Source: Octopus bimaculoides (taxonomy: Eukaryota). From it: 64,000 bases of DNA. Numbering within the stretch: position 1 is the first letter of the stretch; every line of letters begins with the position of its first letter. Of this stretch, positions 22,427-35,074 are shown in pieces. A model generated the notes under the pieces. It was given only the letters and a program-made list of their open reading frames with translations. It was not told the origin of the DNA and did no database searches. The position numbers were made by a program, and so were the translations under genes. The stretch is taken from contig NC_068993.1 of the NCBI RefSeq assembly GCF_001194135.2, positions 23,753,006 through 23,817,005 of the forward strand. Direction: 5' to 3'.

Positions 22427-23175
22427 ACCATAAAATCCCGATTTGGGATTTGAAGTGTGAATCACAGAACAGAGACTAAAACATCCTTAACTTCTTCATA
22501 AGAGCAAAGCCATCTCACAAGAAACCACAGTAGCATGCAGTTAAGCAGAATAGCAGAAGTAACCTCAGAAATATGTCGTGATGGGGTAGAATAAATAAAT
22601 TATATTCTCGCCGGCAGCCTAGTCTTGGCCAAGCAAAACTTATATCCACAGAGACAAGAGCGCTGAAACTCACATATACTGAATGCGAACAGAAACAAAA
22701 AGTAGATTGTTCAGGCTTATCCCTGAAAAGGTATCAGAAAAGGACAAAACAACGATCGTTAGGATGTATTAACGAAAAAAACATTGGGAGTTCAATATAA
22801 TCAACCATATTGTTGAAGACGTTCACCTCGAGAAAGTAAATATACCTTCTAATTGATATATCACTTACTACAATATACCTTCAACAGAATTAAAGGAGGT
22901 GTCGAAATACAAATATTTGATATAAGAGACCATCCGTGTGAACCGAGAAGCCAGAAGCAATTTCTATAGAATACCAGATGCTTTAGGTAGCGTCAATAAT
23001 ATGCAGACAAATACTGACAATAATATGCAGACAAATAATGAACATTCAATAACGTAGAGAACATTCAATACAGTAACAGCAAAACACTGAACCAAAACTG
23101 AGTATATACCCATGGAATATACCCACGACGCTGCCCTCGAAATTATAGTGAATGTCCACAGTGAGAATGACACTG

Positions 23176-23520
<345 letters not shown>

Positions 23521-23589
23521 TGAATGTCTCTGTGTATCTCTCTCTCCCTCTAGCTCTCACTATATATATATATGTCATAGAATAAATGT

Positions 23590-24020
23590 AACAGGTTTTG
23601 ATGCCAATATGGATTATATATTTAATTTAACCAGACAGCTGTTTCTGCGGCAAAGTACCATATTTCGGGTATACAATTGAAGAAAAGATATTTCAACAAA
23701 AGTAATGCAGAAAATTATATTATGTAATTTGGAACTCATCAGTAGGTAATAAATACTTAAAATATCTAATTATTATTTAAAATATCTAAACTATTTAATT
23801 ATTCTCCACTGATGAGTTCCAAATCACATAATATGATATTGTGTATTGCTTTTGTTTAAAATATTTAATTATTATCCACTGATTAGTTCCAAATTACATA
23901 ATATAATAATGTCTATTACTATTGTAATAGATTAAATAAATAATCCATATTAGCATCAAAACCTGTTCCATTTCATTGATGACATTTATTGGACTCCGTC
24001 TCATAAATTGATTCTTCTAA
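23590..24020. repeat. Inverted arrangement of the unnamed AT-rich repeat also seen at 15345-15575
   Basis: TTATGTAATTTGGAACTCATCAGT (to 23743) opposes ACTGATGAGTTCCAAATCACATAA (23808) and ACTGATTAGTTCCAAATTACATAA (23878). ACAGGTTTTGATGCCAATATGGATTA (23592) opposes TAATCCATATTAGCATCAAAACCTGT (23941). Confidence 0.85.
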
Positions 24021-24143
24021 TGACTTTTATTTATTTATATATGCATACGGAACTGAAAGGAATCCTTTAAATAAAGTATGATAAAAAAAAACCATGGATA
24101 CCTTGAGATTAAAGCCCTAAACGGGAGAAGTAGTTTCATCCGA

Positions 24144-24191
<48 letters not shown>

Positions 24192-25097
24192 CACGGATTT
24201 CCATATATTTTCCATTTGCAAATTTTACTCAAACTTCATTGTTGGCCCCAGGTCTACAACAGAGGGTATCTAGACAAGTTGTCTCGCGTTGGCACTGGAT
24301 TTAAAATATGATACATGACATTTGGATTTTTGTGTGTGCGTGCGTGTGCATGTTGTTTGTGTGTGTGTATGTGTGTATGTACATGTGCAAGCTAAAGATG
24401 TATACAGCAGAGGCTACCTGCCCAAGTTTTCTTGCGGTTGATTGAATCCGATATATAATCCCTTGATTTAATATATGTGTGTGTGCTAGTGAGTGTTTGT
24501 ATGTGTGTATGTGTGCTCTTGCACGTGTGTGTGTGAGAGAGTGTTTTCGTGCATATGTGTGTGTGCGTGAAAGGTGTATGTAGTCCAAGATAAAGGTATA
24601 TACATTCTGTAATCTCTTGCTTGTGATTTCACGAGTGACATCGTTCGAAGCTTTTGCTTTGGTTGTATTTATTGCTGCGACGTACGCTCCCCTGGGATTC
24701 CAAGCATGTTCAGTCGCTTTCAGATCGAATCTGAATCCATAGCATGTATTTCTTACAAGTATCTCAGGCGGATACTGTAATCAGTGTATCTTTGTAACCT
24801 AAAATATTTCAAGTAATTGGTCCTTCATCGGGAAAGCGAGTATTAGGCACTTCACACAATTCAGCTGTGCTTTGGGTGTGGATTAATTCGCTTGAAGTTC
24901 TTTTGGGTACTTCTATACACATATTAATGCATATATTTACAAGTTTCATGTGAACATCGTACAGACTAATAATGTTAGCTTTTCTTAGTACCTGATCAGT
25001 CGTATCTGTTGCATTAAGGCAGTGTTCTTCGTGTTGCAGCGTCAGATTACTTCAGGTTACGCCATTAGATTTGCACTATGTTGCTATCATCACTCTG

Positions 25098-25154
<57 letters not shown>

Positions 25155-27070
25155 GGGGGGGTGCGCGCATTTATATATCATATTTTTGTATGTGTGAGCG
25201 AAACCTGTCTCAATGTAAGACAATACTGGACGTGATTTGTAAGTTGTAACACGGTATTCTATCTCCTTCTCTACCTAGTTTATTGGTGTACATGAAATTG
25301 TCTAGACATTTGCTGTCTGTAAAGTGATAATCTTCTTGACTATTTATCAAATATATGTACACAATAAATGTCTGTAATATACCACACTGTAATAGATGAC
25401 CAGCACTAAATTCATATATATTGTGACATATTTCCATCATTTCAAAACACAGACAAAACAATTCCATTAAATAAAAAATGAAATATATAGCTATTATAAA
25501 ATATTGAATTAAAATTTAACAATTACTATCTTTGCAGAAAAATTACACAGATTTTTTTTTTTTTTTCATAAATCTAATATATGACTCGATGATATTTTCA
25601 TCATCAATAATAATGAATGATTTAAATAGAACAGAATTACAAAGAGTTAAATATTTCTAATTCATTTCATTTTTTTAATATGTTTTAGAAATGAAATATC
25701 TCCGTAATGCAATATCGTTCCATATGAATATATTCTGGTGGTTATCACGAGAAACTCGTCATGCAGCAAACTTAGTGTTATTTTATAGTTGGAATGTTTG
25801 ACGGCAAGTATTCTATTAGTGCATCACAATGTTCAGGTTTATTTTTAAAATAGCTCTCACAATCCCCGGATCGCAATACATAACGGAAGTGCTGTAACCA
25901 TATCCAGTATTCTGTATTTCAACATATAAAGTGAGGAGTTTTCGTAACTGACGTAAATCAATAGGTATATACTATCAGTAGCTTAGTCTGGTTTACCATC
26001 AAAACTATGGTTTGAACAGCAGCTGAAATTGTAATGTTCAGGCTGCCTATCAGAGGCGGCTAGGAAGTAGTTTCTTATTGTGCAGGTCGATGCAGATTAA
26101 AATAAAAAGGAAAGAGCAAAACGTTTAGCATCACTTGATAAAATCATTTAATTTAGATGGAGAATATAATCCTGGAGACTTTCTATATTTTAACATATAT
26201 TTAGAGACTCGTTCTCTACCTGTGATTTCTGGCAAACATTGTTATTTTTTAAATATCAGTTTATTGCAAATGTTTATCAAATTTCCTTATGGTGGGGGGG
26301 GGGGCATAATAATATTTTAAGTAGATGCTGGTGTAATAGACTCCAAACTGTGACTGCAGTATAAAACTTACTGATGGGGTTGCTGATTATGTAATTGAAA
26401 ATATGCATCATTATCATCCTTCACCCAACGTGCATTATCATCTACATCAAAACTGTTTTGAACATTTGTCCAATATTTAATGCTGCTTTTTGAATACGCG
26501 AACACATCTAAATAATCTATGGAGGTTATGAGATTCAAATGCGAACACCACCCTTCTTGCACTTTTGACTGTTCTCTTGCTTGTTAATTTATTTGACATA
26601 TTTTGTCACAATTGGATTTTCATCCCATCTTTCTTTTCTTCCAATTTATAGAAAATATAATGAAAAACTTACTATCACGTCATTCTGCTCGTGTAAACCG
26701 TTCGTCAGTTTACGAAACATTATCGTATAGACTTTAGAGAAACCGAAACATATCCATGGTTTGCACTTTCATTCACACAAATATGCAAATGAACTTTGAT
26801 TGGAAATTTTACAAAAATATTTAAATTACAATTTCCTGTACATCTTTCTTTATTTTTTTTTTGGCGAAAATAAATACCATATGCCCTTGAATTAAAATTA
26901 TGACTTTTAAAAGTACGACATTCAGTGCATCGCATCTTAAATCTAGAATGATAATATGTGTGTTTGTCTGTTAGTGCGGGCGTGTTTGCTCGTGTGTGTA
27001 TACATGTGCACACGTGCCTATGTATGTATGTATTTGTGTGCAGGTATGTTTTTGAATTTGAGTGTGTGTG

Positions 27071-27112
<42 letters not shown>

Positions 27113-28129
27113 NNNNNNNNNNNNNNNNNNNNNNNNNNNNNNNNNNNNNNNNNNNNNNNNNNNNNNNNNNNNNNNNNNNNNNNNNNNNNNNNNNNNNNNN
27201 NNNNNNNNNNNNNNNNNNNNNNNNNNNNNNNNNNNNNNNNNNNNNNNNNNNNNNNNNNNNNNNNNNNNNNNNNNNNNNNNNNNNNNNNNNNNNNNNNNNN
27301 NNNNNNNNNNNNNNNNNNNNNNNNNNNNNNNNNNNNNNNNNNNNNNNNNNNNNNNNNNNNNNNNNNNNNNNNNNNNNNNNNNNNNNNNNNNNNNNNNNNN
27401 NNNNNNNNNNNNNNNNNNNNNNNNNNNNNNNNNNNNNNNNNNNNNNNNNNNNNNNNNNNNNNNNNNNNNNNNNNNNNNNNNNNNNNNNNNNNNNNNNNNN
27501 NNNNNNNNNNNNNNNNNNNNNNNNNNNNNNNNNNNNNNNNNNNNNNNNNNNNNNNNNNNNNNNNNNNNNNNNNNNNNNNNNNNNNNNNNNNNNNNNNNNN
27601 NNNNNNNNNNNNNNNNNNNNNNNNNNNNNNNNNNNNNNNNNNNNNNNNNNNNNNNNNNNNNNNNNNNNNNNNNNNNNNNNNNNNNNNNNNNNNNNNNNNN
27701 NNNNNNNNNNNNNNNNNNNNNNNNNNNNNNNNNNNNNNNNNNNNNNNNNNNNNNNNNNNNNNNNNNNNNNNNNNNNNNNNNNNNNNNNNNNNNNNNNNNN
27801 NNNNNNNNNNNNNNNNNNNNNNNNNNNNNNNNNNNNNNNNNNNNNNNNNNNNNNNNNNNNNNNNGTGTGTGTGTGTGCGCGCACGCGCATGAGTGTGTGT
27901 ATCTGTGTGTGCGTAAATGTGCTTACGCGCGTGTGTCGCTTTAGATTCCAACATCAATTCCTGGGAATGTATGTCTATTGTGCATATTATGCAAATAACC
28001 TATAACAACATTACATCTTAAATTCATCATGCTTTATTATATGGCAAGGAGGATGAGGATGTCAAGCTTGAAATTTCGTTCTTAAAAATTGTTGCTTGCT
28101 CAATGATTTCCTCCCATATATTCAAGACA

Positions 28130-28660
28130 TTGTTATGTTTTATTTTGTATGGTAGTAATGGTACGGACCTTTTCTGCCACCTCCATTATATACGCTGGCC
28201 TTAACTATGATGATTCAGTTTACTAGGGATTTTATTAGGGGGTTTCTATCATCCTGTATTTAAGTTTGCATTCCATATCAGATAAATATGTATTCTGTTC
28301 TTTGTTCTCTAAACGAAAATTTGTTGCCTTTATCTTTACTTGAAGGTATTTTCAATCAGTCAGTGATATTGTAAACCACTTCTTTTTCTTGCACATATGG
28401 TTCAATGAGCAGTTGTCGGTTCATGCAATTACAAGGTCTATGTGAATGTATGGGATGGTCTTAAAGCTATTTTTATTATTGCGATAGGATGAAACGTGAC
28501 TCCATCAACAGGGTAGAGAAAAACTTACATTTTCATCTTCGAACTACTCTGCTTAGGATTTGAAATGTAAGATCTTCTTTATCCTGATGATGTAGGCTCA
28601 TTTCATTCTATTTTAAATGCATCCATAGGGTCACATATTGTGATGAACTAAATCTACCAA
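28130..28660 (-). mobile_element. Decayed CR1-group LINE RT C-terminal relic
   Basis: Reverse-complement strings SFREQRTEYIFI*YG (cf. SLERRRERYIIIY.W), DNCSLN (cf. DYCS.LW) and SFKT in the expected order; very degraded. Confidence 0.42.
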
Positions 28661-28879
28661 CATTATAATGGATCGCCGAGCTCCCGGAAACAACTGTTGG
28701 ACTCCTAACACCTTTCGTCCACGCCTAGATGCGCATTTCTGACATTTTTGGCGTTGTCTTTATGTACCCACAGATAAATGCAGGCTGAGACAAAAACCAT
28801 CGCTACGTATATTGAAAAACAGTGATTGAAAACCACTGCTATTAAGAGTAGCTATTCCACGTGCAAGCATATTGCATTG

Positions 28880-29680
28880 AAGGAGATACAACTGTCCCAT
28901 GTATCTCAAAGTATACAGATGTATCACTTGACTAAAAGGAGGTTGGACTGGCACACCTTAATAGAGGCTAGGAAGAGAAACAAGCAACATACCAACAAAA
29001 AAACTAAAATGCAACAACATTGACTGGAAGACTAGCCTGTCCTGGACATGTAATATATACATCGCATCTCACTGAGAAATGCCTTCACTATTCAGGAATA
29101 GGAGTTAGCTACTAAACACCCGAAAAATATGTGGGACAAGGATACAGCCAAACCTAAACGTTGTGATGAATGTCAGTAGGGTAGATTGTTCCCCACATCA
29201 GTAGAAGCTGCTCCAAAATGTTTCCTGCCTCTGAGGAATGATACAATTGTAAAGATTATTTGCAATGCTATCCGCTGGAAGAATTACCCTGATTTATACA
29301 GCATGTAAGAACCAGCATGTCTTCACACCTTTAAAATGCAAAGAATACTGGTCGAACACTATTAAAAAGAGCAATTCGGAGCAAACATAACAGACTTGAT
29401 ATTATTTTGTGGGACAGGGAACAAAAGCCATGAACTGTAGTAGAGATCGGCTGCCCAACGGATGTGAATGTACAATCAGAAGTGCAGGAATTAATGCAGA
29501 ACTTACATAGCTTTTACCTTGAGTATAAATTCTAATATTTACCTATCATCATAGGTGCATTAGTTTATGTAACTACAAATTTACACAAAATAATCTACTA
29601 ATACTAAGTTATCCGAAGAAAGTTCATAAGAAACTGATATAGATTCTCTAAATCACAGTAAAGTTTGCAAGGCTTTCCAA
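28880..29680 (+). mobile_element. R4/Dong-like RLE non-LTR retrotransposon 3' relic
   Basis: IQE*ELATK, a CCHC-like C..C...HI...CSK..LPLRND segment, and KHN..DIILWDREQK...VEIGCPTDVNV (PD..D..E restriction-like endonuclease). Confidence 0.7.
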
Positions 29681-29848
29681 AGATTCTCTATTTGAGATTC
29701 TTTACGTGAGCAGATAGGTGAGATTCTTTATGTGACAGCTCAACCAACGCACTAACGCAACCACATATTTTCAAACGCCGGGAACTCTCTCGACCCCAAA
29801 AGTCTTGCAATCTCTAAAGAGCTTGATTGAAAAACATATATACAGACA

Positions 29849-29879
<31 letters not shown>

Positions 29880-30351
29880 GCGCGCACACATATATATATA
29901 TGCACACTTATACATATATACTTATACACACACACAAATACGCACACATACGCACACACACAAAGAAGGTTGTTTCCGAAAGGTCATGTGTATACAAACA
30001 TTGAAAATATTTGAAACGATAAAAAAGCGAGTAACGGTAAGTACAAGAACAGAACTATAAAGAAATAACTTTTCAATACAATAAAACTGTCAAAAAGAGG
30101 TATATGCTTAAAGAAAGAAAACCCTTTTGTCAGTAAGATCTAACGTGTCTTAAATTTTCAGTATGACAGTCTGTCATTTAATAACTCTTCCAAAATTCTT
30201 ACAACAAAAGGGCTCCTATTAGTCACTCGCCAAACAAATGAGAGCGCTTATGTGTGCATGTGTGTGCATGTTTGCGCGTGCCTTTGCCTGTAAGCGTGTT
30301 TTCCTGTATTCTATTGTATGTATAAGAAAGAAAGAGTACATGTGAAGTTGA

Positions 30352-30480
30352 AGGTATAGTTGTGTGCATAAGAAATTCGCTTCGAAACCATATGGCTCCG
30401 GTCTCAAACGTGATGCGCGGAAACGATGAAAGCAAGTTTCTCGTATCCTATACAAGACACGGCCTGACCTATGATCTTAA
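30352..30480 (+). mobile_element. SINE family B, 5' tRNA-like head only
   Basis: GGTATAGTTGTGTGCATAAGAAATTCGCTTCGAAACCATATGGCTCCGG...AAGCAAGTTTCTCGTA resembles the heads at 8830 and 19877. Confidence 0.5.
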
Positions 30481-31036
30481 TATTTCGCGTAGGCATTGCG
30501 ATGCTAATAACCTGATGTTATGCACAGGATTCATTACCAAGGATCAGTCGAATACAGAGCGTCAATAACAAATTGTTATGACAAAGAAATAAACAATTAT
30601 CATATGAACTTCATTAGCTTATAGATATTTCTGCTATAAGGCGCAATGCACTCAGAGTTGATTGCTTGAGTATCAACTAATAACTTCATCAGAGCTTCAA
30701 ACATGAAATGCAATTTATTTGGGAAGAGTATTTACATTTATGTATATACATAGAAAAACATTACCAATGAAAAAGGATACATACATGTAGGAGATGATAT
30801 TCAGGGGGTGAAGGGGAAGACCATTCCAGATTTAGGATAAGAATTTTTTAAGTATTTAAGGATAGATATATGATGAATTGCTATAAGATGTCAAAATACA
30901 GCAAATAAAACTATCGGTAAATGTATCGTAGGGAAAAGAAATAGAATGAAATTTGTAGAATACAAGACAATGAGAAAAATAGAAAAGAATACATATTCGA
31001 GTTATACATCTGACTGGTTTGTGCGTATATTATCTC

Positions 31037-31198
31037 TTTTACTCTTTTACTCTTTTACTTGTTTCAGTCATTTGACTGTGGCCATGCTGGAGCACCACCT
31101 TTAGTCGAGCAAATCGACCCCAGGACTTATTCTTTGTAAGCCTAGTACTTATTCTATCGGTCTCTTTTGCCGAACCGCTAAGTTACGGGGACGTAAAC
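31037..31198 (-). mobile_element. SINE family B, 3' half, well preserved, truncated by a gap
   Basis: Reverse complement reads GTTTACGTCCCCGTAACTTAGCGGTTCGGCAAAAGAGACCGATAGAATAAGTACTAGG...CCAGCATGGCCACAGTCAAATGACTGAAACAAGT(AAAAGAGT)n. Confidence 0.88.
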
Positions 31199-32024
31199 NN
31201 NNNNNNNNNNNNNNNNNNNNNNNNNNNNNNNNNNNNNNNNNNNNNNNNNNNNNNNNNNNNNNNNNNNNNNNNNNNNNNNNNNNNNNNNNNNNNNNNNNNN
31301 NNNNNNNNNNNNNNNNNNNNNNNNNNNNNNNNNNNNNNNNNNNNNNNNNNNNNNNNNNNNNNNNNNNNNNNNNNNNNNNNNNNNNNNNNNNNNNNNNNNN
31401 NNNNNNNNNNNNNNNNNNNNNNNNNNNNNNNNNNNNNNNNNNNNNNNNNNNNNNNNNNNNNNNNNNNNNNNNNNNNNNNNNNNNNNNNNNNNNNNNNNNN
31501 NNNNNNNNNNNNNNNNNNNNNNNNNNNNNNNNNNNNNNNNNNNNNNNNNNNNNNNNNNNNNNNNNNNNNNNNNNNNNNNNNNNNNNNNNNNNNNNNNNNN
31601 NNNNNNNNNNNNNNNNNNNNNNNNNNNNNNNNNNNNNNNNNNNNNNNNNNNNNNNNNNNNNNNNNNNNNNNNNNNNNNNNNNNNNNNNNNNNNNNNNNNN
31701 NNNNNNNNNNNNNNNNNNNNNNNNNNNNNNNNNNNNNNNNNNNNNNNNNNNNNNNNNNNNNNNNNNNNNNNNNNNNNNNNNNNNNNNNNNNNNNNNNNNN
31801 NNNNNNNNNNNNNNNNNNNNNNNNNNNNNNNNNNNNNNNNNNNNNNNNNNNNNNNNNNNNNNNNNNNNNNNNNNNNNNNNNNNNNNNNNNNNNNNNNNNN
31901 NNNNNNNNNNNGGTACATTGTTAAATATTGGAAGGCTGACTATCTTCTTGAAAGTCACTAAAATCAAATTCCATTTTAGAAAAATACATTTTTGATTCAA
32001 ATAATAGTATTCAAATAATAGTAT

Positions 32025-32197
32025 TTCGGTGGAGGCATAAGTCGGTTATACCGATCATCAGGTAATCGTTTCATTGACCACGAAAGGGATGAAAAGAAAA
32101 GTCAACCTCGGCAGAACTGGAGCACAGAACGTTAAGCCGGACGAAATGCCTCTTCAGCCTTTTTCCCAGCGTACTAATGATTCTGCCAGCTCACCTA
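32025..32197 (-). mobile_element. SINE family A (tRNA-derived), diverged
   Basis: Reverse complement GGTGAGCTGGCAGAATCATTAGTACGCTGG...TTCTGCCGAGGTTGACTT matches the copy at 63509-63722. Confidence 0.75.
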
Positions 32198-32223
32198 CTT
32201 GATATAGCTCTTTATATTACTAG

Positions 32224-32415
32224 TACGGTTAACGTGGTGAACTGAGAAAAATGCTTACTTCCCTGATCACGTTCGGAGTTCCAATTCTGCCGAGGTCGAC
32301 TTTGCCCTTCGTCCTTTCTGGGTCGGTAAATAAGTACCAATTGGGCACTGGTGTTGATGTAATCGACTGACACCCACAACTGAAATAACTGGATTTCTGC
32401 CAGAATTTGAAATCA
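32224..32415 (+). mobile_element. SINE family A, diverged
   Basis: GTTCGGAGTTCCAATTCTGCCGAGGTCGACTTTGCCCTTCGTCCTTTCTGGGTCGGTAAATAAGTACCA matches the copy at 63509-63722. Confidence 0.8.
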
Positions 32416-32667
32416 AGATTACTATTCAAGTTTAAAATCCTTAACACTCGTATACAGTCGTATAACTAGTATATTAGCTGCGATGTCAATGGCATCAGAC
32501 AATTCAATATTTGCTAATTATAAATATTATTTCGGTTTGGAAGGTGAATGAAGAAGTAACAAATAATTTAGGCGACATATTGTGTCAGTAACGTATTGTA
32601 TTTGAAAGCATTTAACTCGGAGGGTATATTTTGATGGCTTTTATTTTTTACGTTTATTCATTTATTT

Positions 32668-32892
32668 AGAAGAAGAAGAAGAAGAAGAAGAAGAAGAAGA
32701 AGAAGAAGAAGAAGAAGAAGAAGAAGAAGAAGAAGAAGAAGAAGAAGAAGAAGAAGAAGATGAAGAAGAAGAAGAAGAAGAAGAAGAAGGAGGNNNNNNN
32801 NNNNNNNNNNNNNNNNNNNNNNNNNNNNAGAAGAAGAAGAAGAAGAAGAAGAAGAAGAAGAAGAAGAAGAAGAAGAAGAAGAAGAAGAAGAA
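32668..32892. repeat. (GAA)n microsatellite with internal gap
   Basis: Direct reading. Confidence 0.97.
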
Positions 32893-33137
32893 AAGATTTA
32901 AAGTTAAATACAGATTCATAACGGCAATCTCAATGGTTTTCGTCCTCCCTGCCAAAAGTGAATTCATGCTTGATCCATTTATGGCTGTTGAAATTTATGC
33001 TGTTTATATGTGCGTGTATCTGTATGTGTGTTGTAATGTACGTGCATACATTTATATACACATACAAACAAACTCACATTTATACATATGTATCATTGAA
33101 ATTCATATTTCGATTGTCACACAAGCGGGAGAGAGAG

Positions 33138-33196
<59 letters not shown>

Positions 33197-33679
33197 GAGG
33201 ATGAAAGAAAGAGAGAGAGGATGAAAGTAAGATAGTGGCATATATTTTATGACAACATATTATATCCTATTTTCGGTTGAATTTCACCATGATTTTATCA
33301 TATCAAATATTGATTACCAAAATAGGTTTTAGGAAACCTTTTTAAATCATCAAATCTAATAATATATGATTTGTCATATTGGTGTTTGGATATAAAAGTT
33401 TCTTTCTACCAACTTTCTTTTATCAATTTGTCCTAATTTCCTTTCATTTCCCTTTTGTTAATCTATACATTTCTATTTCGCATCTGTTTCATATAATGTT
33501 GGTATATTTTTGACATTTTACTTTCCAATATAAGTCCTCAAATATTAGCAGAGAATATTAATAATACAATCAATAAACTAATATATTGGATAATACTAAT
33601 TGAATAAAGAGCCGATACCCTCTCTGATTTTTTATACTCAATATATAAATTTCAACTATATTTTATTTTGTATAATAAA

Positions 33680-34290
33680 TCTCATCTATGTCGTCCAATA
33701 GGACGCCCCAAAATTATTTCCACACGTCTTCTCCATTCATCTTGATCTTCAGTAAAGGTCCTCAGCTCCTGTGCCCCATTCATAACAGTACCCTCCAGCA
33801 TGTTGTCGATATAGGTGGTCTTTCTCCTTCCCACCCTTGGTTCTTCCTTCTGTTGGTTGTCAGAGCACTAGCCTGTTAGCAATTTCATCGAAGTGTCTAA
33901 TGCAGTGACCAGCTAACCTCATCCTTCAATGCTGTGTTTTCAATGTTACTTTTGGTAGGCCCTGGTATAAGTCGGCGCTTGTATGACTCTTCCGGGAGAC
34001 ATTGAGTTCCATTCTAAGCATCCTCACATAACAACTGTCCAACTGCTTCTTCAATGTTTTGGTGAGCGTCCATGTTTCAACCCCGAATAGAATAATAGAT
34101 TCCACTGTTGCCAGAAACTAACTCACTTTCAATTTCCTTGCTAACTTTGAACACCATACCTTTCTCAATTTATGCCTTGCGCTCCAGGCAAGAGCTTTCC
34201 TTGCTACGATGTCTCTTTCAGAACTTTGTCTCCACGCACCAAGGTATTTGAAATGTTCAACTCCTTGAGCGACTTACCGAAGCATTTCGT
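33680..34290 (-). mobile_element. RTE-clade LINE 3' segment (thumb to C-terminus) of a 5'-inverted insertion
   Basis: Reverse complement: GKSLKE..HFKYLGAWRQSSERDIVARKALAWSA...FLATVESIILFGVETWTLTKTLKKQLDSCYVRMLRM...RMRLAGHCIRH...GRPIGRHR*. Confidence 0.9.
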
Positions 34291-34304
34291 GGTTGAATAC
34301 TTGC

Positions 34305-34869
34305 AGTTCTGTTTTAACCGAATAAAACATAAGATCGACAAACAATTGCAACCAAATCAAAATGGATTCAGATCAGGATGGTCAACATCTCACATTGTTG
34401 CACTTAGAAGACTGATAGAGGGAGTTAAGAGCCATAACAGGAAAACTATCATTATCTATGTAGACTTTAAAAAGGCGTTTTATTCAGTACATAGAGAAAT
34501 GATGATAAAGATACTTAAAGCATATGATATTCCACCAAGAATTTTGAGAGCAAAAAGTAAGCTGTATAATAACAATAGAACGAAAGTGATCACTCCTGAT
34601 GGAGAGACGGAATACTTTGAAGTCAAAGCCGGAGTATTACAATGCGATACTCTAGCAGCCTATCTCTTCGCCATCGTTCTGGACTATGTAATGTGTAGAA
34701 GTACGAGGGCAAGGAAGAACTGGGATGCAAACTGCATAGGCAAAGAAATAAACCGCATCAAGCAGTAAATTACCTACACTATGCTGATGACCTGGCATTA
34801 CTAACAGAGCAGACAGATCAGGCACAGGAGGTGCTGAGCAGATTAGAGCAGCAATCGGGGAAGGTAGGA
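34305..34869 (+). mobile_element. Inverted upstream RT-core segment of the same RTE insertion
   Basis: NRIKHKIDKQLQPNQNGFRSG, YVDFKKAFYSVHR, AGVLQCDTLAAYLF, YADD at 34780-34791, ending ...QSGKVG. The whole insertion is flanked by TTGTATAATAAA at 33668-33679 and 34870-34881. Confidence 0.9.
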
Positions 34870-35074
34870 TTGTATAATAAAGCTAGTAGTAAAATGATAC
34901 GAGGAACAAGAAAACGAATCCCTTTTCTTTCTAAAAGTGATATAGTTTAATAATATAATTCAATTTTTCTAAAACACAATGCTACAGAACCTTTATATGA
35001 GGACCAGCCCCTTTAGTTAATGCATCAGTTCTGCTATGGTGTGGGGTTTCCACATCCACTCTTTCTAGATAATA

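Noticed and set aside
22760-23000. ELKEVSKYKYL, a LINE thumb-like string
   Set aside because: A single weak motif that cannot be assigned to a clade.
24600-25070. Minus-strand frame containing VLRKANIISL
   Set aside because: One RTE-like word without flanking motifs.
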